Below, in pieces: positions 13,174-33,708 of a stretch of DNA of 64,000 nt. The notes beneath the pieces were generated by a model. It made no database searches and was not told the origin of the DNA. It saw only the letters and a list, made by a program, of their open reading frames with translations. The stretch lies in assembly GCF_009914755.1 (NCBI RefSeq), contig NC_060927.1; one strand, given 5' to 3'. The stretch's first letter is position 1; every line of letters starts with the position of its first letter. The translations under genes were made by a program, and so were the position numbers. Source of the stretch: the human T2T-CHM13v2.0 reference genome, Homo sapiens.

Positions 13174-13492
13174 GGAATCAACAAACTTGCAGTTTCAATA
13201 TAGGTTTACATAAAGTTAAGATATTTCTTAATTATAATGTTAAATTTTATGTACTTTTTACTTTTGAAAGTACTCATCATTTTTAGGACATTTGGTTAAA
13301 TGGTTCATTAAAATTCCAGGAGTTATTGTTTAGTATACTTTAAAACTTTTGTCACTAAACTTATTTCTTTGTTGAAATGCTCTAAATATACATTAATGGG
13401 TGATGCAAATTTACATGTAAATTATTGGCATTAAGTTCACCGAATATGATGCAGTTCAGCCTCCAACATTTTTAGAGCAAGTCACAGGCTCC
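13174..13492 (-). other. 319-bp unrecognised insertion flanked by a perfect 15-bp target-site duplication
   Basis: TGTATATTGACTTTA at 13159-13173 and 13493-13507. The L1M host sequence resumes directly after the second copy. No poly(A) tail. Strand inferred from the TSD orientation. Confidence 0.8.
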
Positions 13493-15899
13493 TGTATATT
13501 GACTTTATATCTGGTGACCTTGTAAATTCATTAGTTAGCTCTTTTTTGATTGTTATTTCTTTTTTCGATTATTTGGGGTTTCTACTTAAGAAAACTTGTC
13601 ATCAATGAATAGCTCTGACTATTGTCTTATTTATCAAATACTGACTTTTGTCTTACTGTATTAGCCAAGACTTTTTATATTATGCTTAAAAGCAGTGTGG
13701 AAAGAAGACATCCTTGCTTTGTTCCCCATTTTTAAAAGAGAAGTGTTTATTTCTCACCATTTACTATAAAGTAAGCTTGGATTTTGTTTTGTTTTTTGTA
13801 TATTCCCTTTATTAGGTTGAGAAACTTTCCTGTTAGTCCTAGGTTTGGAGTTTTTTCATAAAAATGTGTTGTAACTTGTCAAATAATTTTTGTGCATCTA
13901 CGGATAGTACATACTTTTTCTTATTCAGTCTGATAATATGATGCTCAAAATGATTGCTCACAAATGTTGACCCAGTGTTGCATTTGTGGGATAAACTCAA
14001 TTTGGTTTTGATATATTATTCTTTTTATATATTGCTAATATTTGTTAATATTTTGTTGAAGATTTTCACATCTATGTTCATGAGAAAGAATGGGCTGTTG
14101 TTTTCCTGTTATGATGTATTTTATGGTGATAGTATTATACTGCTGGCCCCATAAAATGAGTAAAAAGTGTTACTTTTTCTTTTTTTTTGTTTTTTTTGAA
14201 GAGATGGAGGAGAACAGCAATTATTTTTTCTTCAAATGTTTGGTAGACTGCACATGTAAGACCTTTGATCCTGGTAAGGTTTTGTGTTGTTTTTTGTCTT
14301 TGAAAAAGTTTATATTATATTAAAATTATTACAACGAGATTAGCTGTTACTCTTAATGTAAATTTTAATAGTTTGTGTGTTCCAAGGAACTGATTAATTT
14401 TATCTTTGCTGTTAATTTTTTAAGCATAGAGTTACTTATAGTATTAATCTATGAAATTATTAGGAATGACTCATTCTTTTTTATATTGATGGCTTATGCT
14501 TCCTCTTTTATTTTCTTATTCTGTTTTTTAGTTTATTAATTTTCTTAGTCTTTTTAAATAATCACATTTTGGTTTTCATGACTCATTTTTTTTTTGATTC
14601 ACACGTTATTTGGTATGTTATTTGGGATAATTTCAAAATATTTTGGAATTTTTTAGTTTTCCTTGTGTTACTGACTTGTAGTTTAATTTTACTGCATTCT
14701 GAGGCTTCTATTCTTTTAAATATGAATGGTGTCTTTTATGCCACAGAATGTGTTCCATCTTGGTGAATGCTGTGTGCAAAATTGAGTTGAATGTGTATTC
14801 TACTGCTGTTGATGGGGCATTCTACAAATGTCAGTTAAGTCAATTGATTGATGGTACTATTTAGGTCATCTGTATCCTTATTTAATCACTGCTTCCTTAA
14901 TTTATTATTGACCATACTGGTGGATTTATTCCCCCTTTCAATTCTCAGTTTTTCCCTCAGGTATGTTGATGTTCAACTGTTACAGTCTTATACTTTTAGG
15001 AGTGCTTTGTCTTTAGGTAGTATCCTTGACATAGTTATTTTAGTTTTCATTTGTTTCGTTTTAGTGTTATTGTACTATCTCTCTTCATCCCTTTATTTTT
15101 AACGTTTCTGAATCTTTTAATTTAAACTGGGTTTTTTGAAATAAAACATACAATTGGGTCTTTGTTGTTGTTGTTGTTGCTGTTTCAACACTAACCCTCT
15201 CTGTGTTTTAATTGGTATGTTGTTTTGATGTGTTTAGACCATTCACATTTAGGGTTGTTGCTACAATTAGATTAATGTCTAACATGTTTGTAACTACTTT
15301 TTGATTTTGGCACTTTTTGTTTCTTTTCATCCTCTGTTTCTGCATTATTTTGTTTTAATTTAATGATTTATGTGATTTTTTAAAAGCTTTTTCTATAGCT
15401 CTTCATTTATTTTTTGTTTTATGCTAGACATGTTTTAACCAGTATGGGAATTATATTGAATAGGCCTTTCAAAATGAGGTTTTAAATTAATCTGTCTAGT
15501 GTTTGGACTGGGTTTAATGTTTGTTATAGTTAAATATACCAGAGGTTTCAAGTTCCTATAATGTCCCTATTTTTGTCTCCTCTCTTAACTTCGAGGCTTC
15601 CTTATGTGCTTCTTCTCAAAAAGAGTCTGTTAGTTGAAACTCTTTCAGTTGAAGTCTGTTGTAATTATGATGTCATTATAATGATATCAATATTATATTG
15701 GTATAGTAGTAATGTATTAGAAGGGTATGCTCTGTAATCTTTCTGAGTTTCTGTGTCTTAGTAGGCCTCTTTCTCAAAAGAGTGCAGAAATATGTTATTT
15801 TCTCTATATAACCATTTGTTTCTACTTTTTTATCCTTTTACAGGTCTCAGACTAGCCTTCCTGCCTGAGAGCTCTCCTTGCCTACTTCTGAAGTTGGTC

Positions 15900-16565
15900 A
15901 CTGGAATGTGTTCCAAGAATGTTGAATTATTTCTGAACTTGCCAATGTTTTTCTCTGTGATTAGGCCATCTGTGATTGCTAATTGGTGCTCATTAAATTA
16001 GGCTCCTACCCTCCCACATGGGCTGGGAGATAGAGGCCCTATCTTCCATGATGGTTACATTTATTCAAATGAATGGCTTCAAGGTCCTTGAGAAAAACAT
16101 TATTGGGCTGTAAAACTGGCAAGAGAGTTTTTAAAAAGTACATGGAAATAAGGTACAACTGTAAGTTTTCTAAAGTGAATGCTCTAAGAAAAAGGAAGTT
16201 CAGGAGCCAAGACAGGGAAAGACCTGTCTAAAATTCAATCATGGCGAGGAGAACATAAGACTATCTTAAGGACAGGAGCACTTTGGGAGGCTGAGGGGGG
16301 TGGATCACAAGGTCAAGAGATCCAGACCATCCTGGCCAACATGGTGAAACCCCATCTCTACTAAAAATACAAAAATTAGCTGGGTGTGGTGGCATGCACC
16401 TGTAATCCCAGCTACTCAGGAGGCTGAGGCAGGAGAATTGCTTGAACCTGGGAAGTGGAGATTGCAGTTTGCAGTGAGCCGAGATCATGCCTCTGCACTC
16501 CAGCCTGGCAACAGAGTGAGACTCTGTGTCAAAAAAATAAACAAAAAAAAAAACTGTTTTAGTCA
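15900..16565 (-). mobile_element. MER31/MER67-like ERV1 LTR, interrupted by an Alu
   Basis: gtgattaggccatctgtg...ttaggctcctaccctcccac...gggagatag...aggtccttgagaaa...aagttttctaaagtgaatgctctaagaaaa...cctgtctaaa. Confidence 0.7.
16277..16553 (+). mobile_element. AluSc-like, slightly 5'-truncated
   Basis: agcactttgggaggctgagg...ggatcacaaggtcaagagatccagaccatcctggccaacatgg...A tail. Confidence 0.92.
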
Positions 16566-16734
16566 CTTGTAGAGGAAAAATGAATTAAGAACACTCTTCT
16601 ACTGGGCACTTAAAAAAACAAACAAAAGGAAAAACATCCATTTATTCAGAGTGTAAAACTAATGGATTGAATTGTCATGAATTCTGTAGTTCTGATGATT
16701 CAGCTCTTGTTCCAGGCCAGAAGGCTATGATAGG

Positions 16735-17149
16735 TGTGAAAGGAAAGTATCTTGGGTCCCTTCAACCTGGGAACCACTCATGGCAAATCTGCCTCCCATT
16801 CTATTCAAAGTCATCTCACTGCTCACAGGAATAGATACATATTCTGATTGCCTTCTTGTAAAGACCTATCAGAAACTCAAAAGAATGCAACCATCTGTTT
16901 CTCACCTACCTGTGACCTGGAAGTCCCCTTGCTTTGAGTTGTCTCCACTTTTCTGAACAAAACTGGTGTGACTCTTACCTATATTGATTGATGTCTCATG
17001 TCTCCCTAAAATGTATAAAACCAAGCTGTGCCCAGATCACCATGGGCACGTGTCATCAGGACTTCCTCAGGCTGTGTCACAGGCCTCAACCTCGGCAAAA
17101 TAAACTTTCTAAATAAACTGAGACCTGTCTCAGATTTTCCAGGTTCACT
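16735..17149 (+). mobile_element. MER4 5' LTR
   Basis: tgtgaaaggaaa...aaaatgtataaaaccaagctgtgccc...aataaa...ggttcac. Confidence 0.9.
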
Positions 17150-18462
17150 TTTTGGTAACCACCAAAGGATTCTGAGTGGAGATGCCCTTGACCTTTGACA
17201 AATCTCCCTTAGGTGCTTGTACAAGCATGAGCTAACTTTATGGCTCAAACCAATAGGACAATTTGCTGAGGCCTGAGAGATTTCCCTCCAGAGAATCCCT
17301 GATCTCCCAAAATTTGGTCGAGATCTAAAGTTTATTTTGCTGTGCAACTCTTCCTTTTTTTTTTTTTTTTGGAGTTTTACTTGCTTTCAACAGGAAGGCA
17401 AGTTTTCCTGCTTCCGTGATGATGGAAGGCAGTAACTCTTTTATGGAATTTGAGCTTGCTTCCAACAGGGAAGGTGAATTTTTTTCTTTTTTCCCTGCTT
17501 CTACAATGGTAGAAAGCAGTCTACAACCTGAGACCCAACACTAGGTAAGAAATTGGTTTGGGATTCTGTCTTGCAAATTCTTTTTAAATGACTAAAGTTA
17601 GCATTTAACAACCAGCTGCTGTTAATTTCTGCTCACATTTAGAGCACTCAGATATCATATAATCTGTGTGATCATAGTTCATTTTGCTTAACTGTTTTGT
17701 TTGTTTCTGTCTTGGTCAAATCCTAAGGGAAACCCTAACTCATGGGGAACAAGGTCTCTGAAGTGAAAGGAAAATGGCCAGCAAAAGGAAAAAAAAATTT
17801 AATTGTAACTACTTAAAGGGCTTTATTTACATAATAAGGCCACCTTTTGCCAGCCACACCAAACTGAAAGAGCAATGGCTGAACTTCTGAAATAGCAGCA
17901 TTTTCTCCTAGCTGAAATATGGTAATGAGATTTAAGGATTTTTTTTTTTTTAGAGAGCTCAATGGTTAAAAATCAGCTTAATTAAAAGGTTAACATCCCA
18001 GGGGTGTGTGTATATGTGTATGTTTATATTAAAAAAGACTTTATGTTTTTGAGGGGGGTGTTGTTTGTTTTTCTGTCCTAAGACCTTGTCTCTTTTTTGA
18101 GCAAATTTCTCTTTCTCAGTTGACTAAATTCTGTTTTCACCCGATTTTCTGACTAAAATAATTATTGCAACAAAGTCTACTTTTGGTTTTTCAAAGAAGA
18201 ATGTAGTTTAGACACTCAGAAATGTTTTTGTTTAAAAAAATTTTAAGTGGACTGTAAAAGTGTCTCTCTCTAACACTGCCAGACATTTTCTCTCTGTACC
18301 TTATGAGGTAAATTTTGCTATTTGATTTTCACCTAAGTGGTTTCCTTTAATGTGCAAATTTAAGTCTATTTAGCTGACAACTGCTTAGGGTTGTGAAACA
18401 GGTTATCAAGAATCTGAAAGTCTAAGATAGGAAAAAACAACAAAAAAGGGGGAGTCTTTATT

Positions 18463-18787
<325 letters not shown>

Positions 18788-21700
18788 AGGAGGGTCTTTA
18801 TTAATCTGTAAAATGTAGTTCCATCGGCATGCCTAACATGTCTTTATATGTATTTATGTGTTCTGTACAAAATATGTCACTACTAAAAATATATAAAAAA
18901 GCTCTAAAGCTCTAATTAATTGGCTTAAAAAAGTGCTTAAGTCAGATACTAAAAAAAAAAGACTAGTCAAATGCTTTTTCAATTTTATGTAACTTAAGTA
19001 ACATCTTGAGTAAATAAACTGATTTTTAAATTTTTGGTAAAGTAATATTAGAAATGTCTTAAAAATTGCAGCATACATCTTTGCATTTATTAATCAAGCA
19101 AATTTCATACTTACCCCTGACAAATATTATAAGGTGTCAAAATTTGACATAGGGATAGAAAAGTATAACCCAGCCCAAAACAGAATGATATTTGCTTTTG
19201 TAATTTTTAATAAATAAGACACTGATATAGGTTTAATAAAAATAGCTGCATCTTGAATTTAGTAAGATTACCATAACTTCTAATCCTGTGGCTTTAGGCA
19301 ATCTGGTCCACAGATAATAAGGAGATTTTTTGCGAAAGGACTGTTACCGTTTTTGATTCAGAACTAAACTATAAACTAAGTTCCTCCCAAAGTTAGTTCA
19401 GCCTAAGCCCAGGAATTATCAAGGACAGCTTGGAGTTTAACAGCAAGATGCAGTCAGTGAGGTCAAATCATTTTTTACTGTCTCAGTTATAATTCTGCAA
19501 TGGTGGTTTCATAACTTCAAATCATGACTATCACAGTTTTCTGTGATAATAATAATAATAAATAATAAATAATCTAGGTAAACAATTAAAATTATATAAT
19601 TAGGCAAATGCAATGGGATAAATACTTCTAGACAAACTGGTCATAATTTAAAATATGAAGTTATATTAATTAAATGATAGATATTTTATTATTTGGGTAT
19701 TTTTCAACAAATGTATATTGTAGAAAAACATTCTTGCTACCAAAAAAGTGTGTCCTTTCTTTTTATTTTTTTTTTTTAAAAAAAAAAGGTGAACAAGTTT
19801 TGTCTAATTCAAAGCTTATTTAAAGGTTACATATAAAATAAGGTAAAAGGAAGCAGGACTAAAACAAGATGTAAATAAAGGTATAAAAATAAGAAGGATT
19901 TTTTGAGTTAAAAAAGCTTAAAGAAAAATAATTTTATATAAGAAAGAAACTTTTATGGTAAATTTAGTCCTAAAATAAAATAATTGCTTGTTTAAAAAGG
20001 AGGGATGTTCAGAACAAACCAGAAAGTCATATTATTATTAAGCTTTGGTTTACTTAGAAAAAAACTGAGATAATTTTTTTAACTAAGGTTATTACATCCA
20101 AGCCTTTTCTTGTATGTGCTTTTAAAGTCCTTATAACATTGAGTTACAGGGCTTTAACTCCTGGATCTAAAAAGGACACCAAGTCCTGCTTAATCTTAAA
20201 CCCTGACAGCAATTAAACCATCATCTTCAGGCCCCATAGAAGATGCCAATCAAAACAAACTTCATTCCTGAGACACAGGGCAATAAATTAAAGCTATTCA
20301 ACTCCTCAAGGCCCAGGGACTATCACCGAAGAGTTGGGCACGTCAAATTCAAAGGGCTGATTTTGAAACCCTGTTAGACTAAGTTCAGTTTCTCTATAAA
20401 TTAATCATTAATGCCAAAGGCACACTAATGGAAAACCAGTATATGGACCCCTGTGTCAGAATAACAAGGTTTTCTTGAACCATTAACTAACTCTTTAATA
20501 AAGGTTATAAAAGGCTTATGGAAGTTGTATTTTATAATTAATTTAAATTTTATATATTGAAAATTTTGAAAAACAAATGTAATTGGCTTCATTTTTTTTA
20601 TGGCTTCTTGTTTAGAAAATTAAGTCTCCTCTCTCAAAGGATGAAGGTTTTTGCTTTTTTTTGAAATCCTTGAATTATCACTTTGGTTAAATAAATGACT
20701 TTATAATGACCTGTAATCCTATTTTGTGATGTTAAGTGTTTTAAACCTTTTATATTTGACAAACTTTCCACAATCAAATTATAAGTTATGTCTTTTCCTA
20801 ACCTAATTAATACTTTAATATATTAGGTTCCCCTAAAGTCCAAAAATTACATAATTAGGCTTATTTGATATAAAAATTACACAGAAAGCATTGTCAAATA
20901 TGAAATGGTGTTTGGTTTTCTTTGGGATCTATTTATATAAATATGTTATTGGTATATGTTCCAAAATTATGGGAAATTCCTGTAATTCTAAGTTATATTA
21001 GAAATTCCTGTAATTCTAAGTTACATTAGAATTTGACAAACTTTCCAATCAAAATTGTTATGTTAAAATTATTGGGTGCCACAGAGGTAACAAATTTCCT
21101 TGTCAATTGTTTTTTGACTATGGCTGCCTTAAAACTGTTTTTTCATCAATGGACAATTGTCTTGTTTTGGTCCTCTTTAGAAGGTGGTTTTATAATCAGC
21201 TATAAAACTCCAACAGGTGCTCTTAAATTCAGGTTTCCTATAACTTTGGAGATTGTGATACCACAATAGAGGGAAAACTTTCAGGACTCATGGAGAGCTA
21301 AAAATATTCATGAGTATCAAGTAGAACAGAAATTAACTCCATGGACTGAACCAATCTTTTTAACTTTTTGCTTAAAATGTTTGCTGATCCTTTGTTTTTT
21401 TTTTCACTCATAAAACTTTTCTTTTGGGCTATTGACAGGTTTTCAAAATTTAGTATACTCCTATGAACAAAATTTGGAGCATATTTGTTTCTCTCTACCT
21501 GATTGCTCCAGAATTTGGAAGCTATTTGTGAGTATTCTTAACTTATGGCAATACAGTTATTTGCATACGTGCAATAAGAATCTGTTTTCATTTGTAACAG
21601 GACACAATTGGAGAAATTGATTATTTTACCAAGGCTTTGACTGGAATGGTGTGCCTTCCTTTAAGGAATCAAAATTGACTTAAGCCAATAAAGCCTTTGG

Positions 21701-22350
21701 AAAACCTGGCCTCATGATTTGTCTTTAGTGAAAAGGGAAACTGGAGAGAGAGAAAAAAATAGGTTTCAAAATGATAGTACACCCGGTGTTAGATTCTAGT
21801 ATTGCCTAATTTTTTTTTTCCATTTTTATTATTCTCCACAGTTAGGGCTAAATTCTATTTTTTTCTTGGCTACAAGTCTTCAGAACAATGTTTTTAATTA
21901 TTTTTTCGTTTTCTTCTTTTTTTTTTCCATTTTTTCCTCATTGGCAGTTACTGAAAACTAAGGTGTATTTTCTTAAAGCCCTGCAAACTGAAGCTAGACA
22001 ACTTAAACTTCAGAAGAAAGTAACAGTAACCTATTTACATACATAAGCCACTTTCATACCTGCTGGTATGGACTTCAGAGTAATGTGTGGACTGTAGAGT
22101 AATGTGGCCTATATCGATTTTTTTCAGGATTGCTCTTTTGTTTGTTGTTGTTTTTCCTCCCTTCTTCCCCCTTATTTTCCCTTCCCTGGACATGAGACTT
22201 CACAACTTGTTAAAAAATGAGCTTTCAGGACATACCCATCTAGAAATAAACCGTCCTAGCCATGAGAGATCATATGAAACCTGAGACCAGAGACTCATTT
22301 TCTTGTAAAGTGGTTTCTCCAAAAGAGTTTTAAAAAGAAAAGGGGGAAAA

Positions 22351-22780
22351 TGTAAAAAGAAAATATCTTGGGCCCCTTGAAGCTGAAAACCCCTCAGGGC
22401 AAATCTGCTTCCCATTCTATTCAAAGTCATCCCTCTGCTCACAGAGACAGATGCATATTCTGACTTCCTCCTTTGGAAAGACTTATCAGAAATTCAAAAG
22501 AATGCAACCATCTGTCTCTCACCTCCCTGTGACCTGGAAGCCCCTGGCTGGGGGGTGGTGAGTGGTTTGCTTTTACTTTTCTCTGCCTTTCTAAATGTAA
22601 CTAATGTACTTCTTACATATATTGATTGTTGTCTCATGTCTTCCTAAAATGTATAAAACCAAGCTGTGCCCAGACCACCTCGGGCACATGTCATCGGGAC
22701 CTCCTCAGGCTGTGTCACGGCCTTGGCAAAATAAACTTTCTAGATTAACTGAGACGTGTCTCAGATTTTCTGGGTTCACA
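22351..22780 (+). mobile_element. MER4 3' LTR
   Basis: Direct repeat of 16735-17149 with a ~22-bp extra segment (ggctggggggtggtgagtggt). Ends ttcaca. Confidence 0.9.
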
Positions 22781-23311
22781 CAGGGTTAGTATATTTTTTG
22801 AGGATATATCTGGAGGATATAATATAAAGGGTTCTTTTGAGAGCAGTTTTTGAGCTACATGGGTTCCCTGTATCCTAGCTTATAAAAATCCAGAGGAGGA
22901 CAGTTGGCATTATATCACTTGCATCTGCCTCAATCTGTGTTCAGAGATCTTAAATTTTAAAGCAGGCATCCCTATAATATTTCAATCAGCATTCATCCCT
23001 TGTTGAAAATTCTATTTTTTCTGAGACTCAGGACTGCAGTTCTACACATATCTGGGCTTTTTTTCTGGATTGTGCCTTAAAAATTAGAGATTCACTCAGA
23101 ATATTATGACCTTTTAAATTACCAAATTTCTTGGCACCTTGATTCCATGTATTTATATTGTAAACTTCAATCATATCTTCCAAGTTGGCAGAATACTTTA
23201 TACTTGGACCTTCTTCTAAAACGAGGTTTACACTGTTAAATCATTAGGCAGGTTTACCTTCTACCTGGAGACAATTTTACAAATGTTTGTTTTATTGATT
23301 TCTAATGTGTT

Positions 23312-23362
23312 TCTCTCTCTCTCACACACACACACACTCTGTCACACACACACACACACACA
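23312..23362. repeat. Compound (TC)n(CA)n microsatellite
   Basis: tctctctctctcacacacacacacactctgtcacacaca... Confidence 0.9.
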
Positions 23363-25751
23363 TCTCTAGCTAAAGTTTTTTTCTTAAGTTTAGTATTCAT
23401 TATATTTATTAAGAGGGTTAGTGACATTGTTGACCCTGTTCAACTATTAAGAGGTAGATTTAAATGATAAGTTGACCTAATTTTCAATGATTTTTCTAAT
23501 ATAACTTGGTAAAACAATTTGGAATATCAGGCAATTGGAAAAACAAGACCACACATTATGTATCTTTCTTTTCTCTCTTGAAAAAATTCCTTATTTATAC
23601 ATACAGGTACAGAACAGATTTCTGCAAAGCAAATTTTTATGTGTTAAAAAATAAAATTTGACAATAATGCCAGCAGCTTGTAGTGCACCAAAAAATGAAA
23701 AAAAATATATAGTTTAATATTCATTTCTTGATGTTTGTGTTAAAAATACTTAGGAGGACAAAGAAAATATAAAGTCTGTTTATGTTTGATTTAACATGTC
23801 AAATGTTTTTACATTACAAGCAGTAAAAATTGAAGCTCTTAATGTATTTGCAAGTCAAACTAAACAATTATTGTTGTATGCACTTACTCTAGGAAATGTG
23901 TTTTCTTTCAAAAGAATTTGAAGCCTTCTAACTCAGATCCCATCAGTAAACCATATGGCATTTTTCTCATCCACCATTTCACAGGGAAATAGCTCATCAA
24001 TTATTTATATTTTCTTTTGGAGATTTTCCTTTGTTAATATGCATAAATAAATTTCCTTTTATTTTACAGAAAAGCAAACTAGGGGCTACAGACAGGTAAG
24101 AAGAGATAACATTAATAATGTAGTTCTACAAAGTTATTTGTTTCTAAGTGCTTTGGAAGCTTACCCTCTGGTTATAATTTTCTCAATTTTTGAAATTACA
24201 CTGAGTATTAAAAAAGCACATTACATGCTAAAGTAAAACTATTTCTTTAAATGAGAAGCCAATTTGTAGTGCTATGATCAACTAAAGATATTGTAATTGT
24301 AAGAAAGAAATTATGTATCATTCCTGTACTAACTGTCTGACTCTTATGGCAATATTGTGCTGTTGTAAGGTATAGAAAGGTTTAGAAAACTTCCATGTGA
24401 TTTTAGTAACGTGCTGCCCTCTTTGAATCTAAAATGTATGTGAGTTTTTTGTGATAATGAATAAAATAACCATCTGCAATTAATTAAATATAGTTTTCAC
24501 AATCAGCTTTGGTTAACTAATAATTATGAAAATGAAAACTGACTTAATATAAAACTGAATTTGTCAATTTATCCAGATAGCAGTTATTTCTATTATCTAC
24601 TCGGACAGAAACATAGCTTTTATTTTAAATACTCAAGATGGTTCAGCCATATCATCTAAAATTTCACTTTGTACCCCACATTAAAATGAATCATGGTTTG
24701 TTAATTGTAGATTTAATCTCTAAATATCTTAACAATCTGAAGGTTTAACCCCTTTGCCTTCCTATTTTCAAGTAAAAATTGCTTCTTTTGGTGGAAAAGA
24801 TGAAGCAGAACAGTAGTTGAGTGTTTTCGCATCTGGTTTGGGCTGTAGGTTCACATCATTCCCTTTGTTTCAAGCCATGTGCACTGTGAAGTGTACTTTT
24901 ACTTCCAAAGACATGCAAGAAAAATTAATATTAATATAACAGTGGTATAATCATGATGAAATAAAATAAATCATTGATAGAAAAAGAGTTTAAATATTTG
25001 TTTACTTTTAAGAATCTGTTATAAAAGTAAAAATTTGACAAAGTGTTACCAAATATAAATGATTAATCACTGTAATTTCCTTAGTCACTTTTTCCTAGTG
25101 TATAAATTTGTTTCTAAATAGAGTTATGACACATTTTTGGGGGCTGATGTTTACATTGTGAGTTTTCTAGCCCAATAATTATGTTTATACATTTAATTTA
25201 TAATTACTGGTAATTTATTAGTAATTGGTAGTTATAAATAATTTGTAATTTATTAGTGTAATCTATGAAACAAATCACTGGCAGTTTAAACCATGCTTCT
25301 CCTTGCCTAAATGGATGAGCATATATTCCCAGAGGAGTTGTGTTTCCTATGTTTATAGAAAGGTCATTTCTTTAGACTATATGTATCTGGTCTCTTATAA
25401 CTAATTGAAAATAAATGAACCTGTCATGCCCATTCCTAAATAAGCATAATAAAACAGTAATTATAATTATACCAGTAACCTAGCATTTAAACATATGCTG
25501 CTATTCTCAAACTATTGTGAAATGAGGACTTGCAAGCATCGTTCTGACTGATCTTATTAAACTGTACCATACTTCATTATGCTCTTTACTTCCTAAACCT
25601 TTGACTTCTCGTATTTAGATATGAATTCTGAATTATCATTAATTAAAAGCAAATACTTACATAATGGTTCAGATATTAATAAATTAATGCAATTTTGCTT
25701 TCTAAAATCCCATACATACTGTACATGGTAGATATAGCCCTGGTATAATTT

Positions 25752-31356
<5,605 letters not shown>

Positions 31357-31640
31357 AGCCCCGGTATTATTTATGAAAATGTATTACATTATTAATGACA
31401 CAAATCTTATGGACTCATATTCTCTTTTCTCTTTAATAGTTTCTTTACTTCTGATCACTTTTTTCCAATTTTTCTTCCCTAAATGATAAAAAGATGATGT
31501 GATTTGATTGGCTGCTGCCCTCACCATTTTGTGGAATACAGTTTACAAGTGGACAAATTTATGTGCACTATGATTTAAAATTCACTCCTATATTTTCAGC
31601 TTACCAAAGCAAGTTTTGCTTCTCTGCATCTATAGCTAAT

Positions 31641-32083
31641 TGTGCTAGATATTTTTCATTTTGCTTCCAAATCCACTATTTGTCATTCTGCAGTTTTCTG
31701 CCCCAGGGATTGACCACTAAGACTGTGCTAACAAGTTATCTTTTCCTCATTGGGTTGCATTTTGGCCAACCAAAATTAAAAGACAGGAGAAATAAGATAT
31801 CAGTGTGTTTATGCCTTCAGCATACTCTTTGTTCAAATATCGCAGGTTGGTGTGTTCCTCTAGCAAACAAAAGCCACAACCCCTATCAGGTTGTGCAAGC
31901 CACAACTCTGCACTTGCTGAGTTATCTTGATGCTTCCCTCCTTTTGCCCTTCAGTCTAGATTTTAATGACACCGTTTCTTGCCAGTGTTTCAAAATTCCT
32001 TTATAAACAATTAATGTTTAAAAATTACTTCCATTTACGCAGATTGAGTGAGCGACTTGTTCCTAGAGACCCTGATTGATACA
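31641..32083 (+). mobile_element. LTR33-like ERVL solo LTR
   Basis: Starts tgtgctagatatt...ccaaatccact; ends gagaccctgattgataca. Confidence 0.6.
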
Positions 32084-32940
32084 ACTGTTCATTGAATCTT
32101 CTTCAGATGGGACATTTCTAAGAAAATGGATGTAATGGGGATATTTACACAGTTATTATTTTTGGCACAGCTTTAGTGTTTAAAGTCTAATCTCATACAG
32201 AGCTTGATTAGAAAAGCTTTAGAGTTGGTAAATGAAATGATATTTTGCTAGTGAAATTTCAATTGTTTACTATTTTGTTTTTTTCTAGTCAAAACTAAAA
32301 AATGAACACAAATGTATACACACAAACACACACACACAACTGAATTCTACATGGGCTACAGATTAAAGATGTTTAAGAAATTTGGTAATTTTTACTCATT
32401 AGCAAATGCAATTGAAATTAAATAGATATTTTTCTTTACCTTATTTTGATTTCAATCCATTGTTTAAAAAAGAAGTACAGCAAGAGGGTCACCTACCAGA
32501 GATCTGAAGTCAACTTCCAATAAATAACCAAATTCAGTCATCTTTAGATTTCCTGCAGATAATCTCTAATCATGTTTTCAATTGTATATATTCAGGACAT
32601 AAAATCAGGAAGCAGATTTGTACTGTTATATAAAAAAAATCTAGGAAATATATGGGGTTAAGTCTCAAAAGGGAGAGTCTTAATTGGACTGTGTTATCTA
32701 ACTCATCCTCTCTCTATGAAAACATTTCTATTTTCTGTTTTATATTTTCGTATAACCTAACATTATCTTGAATTATTTTATTAGTGCACTTTTTTCTTCC
32801 TCCAATAGAATTAAAATTTAAAAAGTCTAGGAACCTTATTCATATTGTTGACTATTCATTCAAAATTTTTAGGAAGTTTTTACACCATTGTATACACCCA
32901 TTTTAGCTAATAGATGAAAATAGTGTTTCTAATATATTTA

Positions 32941-33708
<768 letters not shown>

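Larger units (their letters stand above)
9990..15700 (-). mobile_element. Old L1MD/L1MC-type LINE-1 (3'UTR plus decayed ORF2)
   Basis: gtactagtcaagtattttgtaaaatgg...gattagactaaggttg at the 3' end. Antisense ORF2 motifs (aagaagacatccttgctttgttcc; tctacaaatgtcagttaagtc). Confidence 0.75.

Noticed and set aside
13174-13290. C-box-like ATGATGA on the minus strand of the 319-bp insert, suggesting a snoRNA retrocopy
   Set aside because: No properly placed D box (CTGA) or terminal stem.
22069-22106. 19-bp tandem duplication (similar small ones at ~34825-34852 and ~35077-35116)
   Set aside because: Ordinary slippage duplications in decayed repeats with no evident consequence.
24745-24905. GC-richer minus-strand segment as an additional fossil exon
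   Set aside because: Weak acceptor (ggaag), no convincing donor and ambiguous frame.
31563-32006. 147-aa plus-strand ORF
   Set aside because: Non-ATG start and lies within a decayed LTR33-like element.
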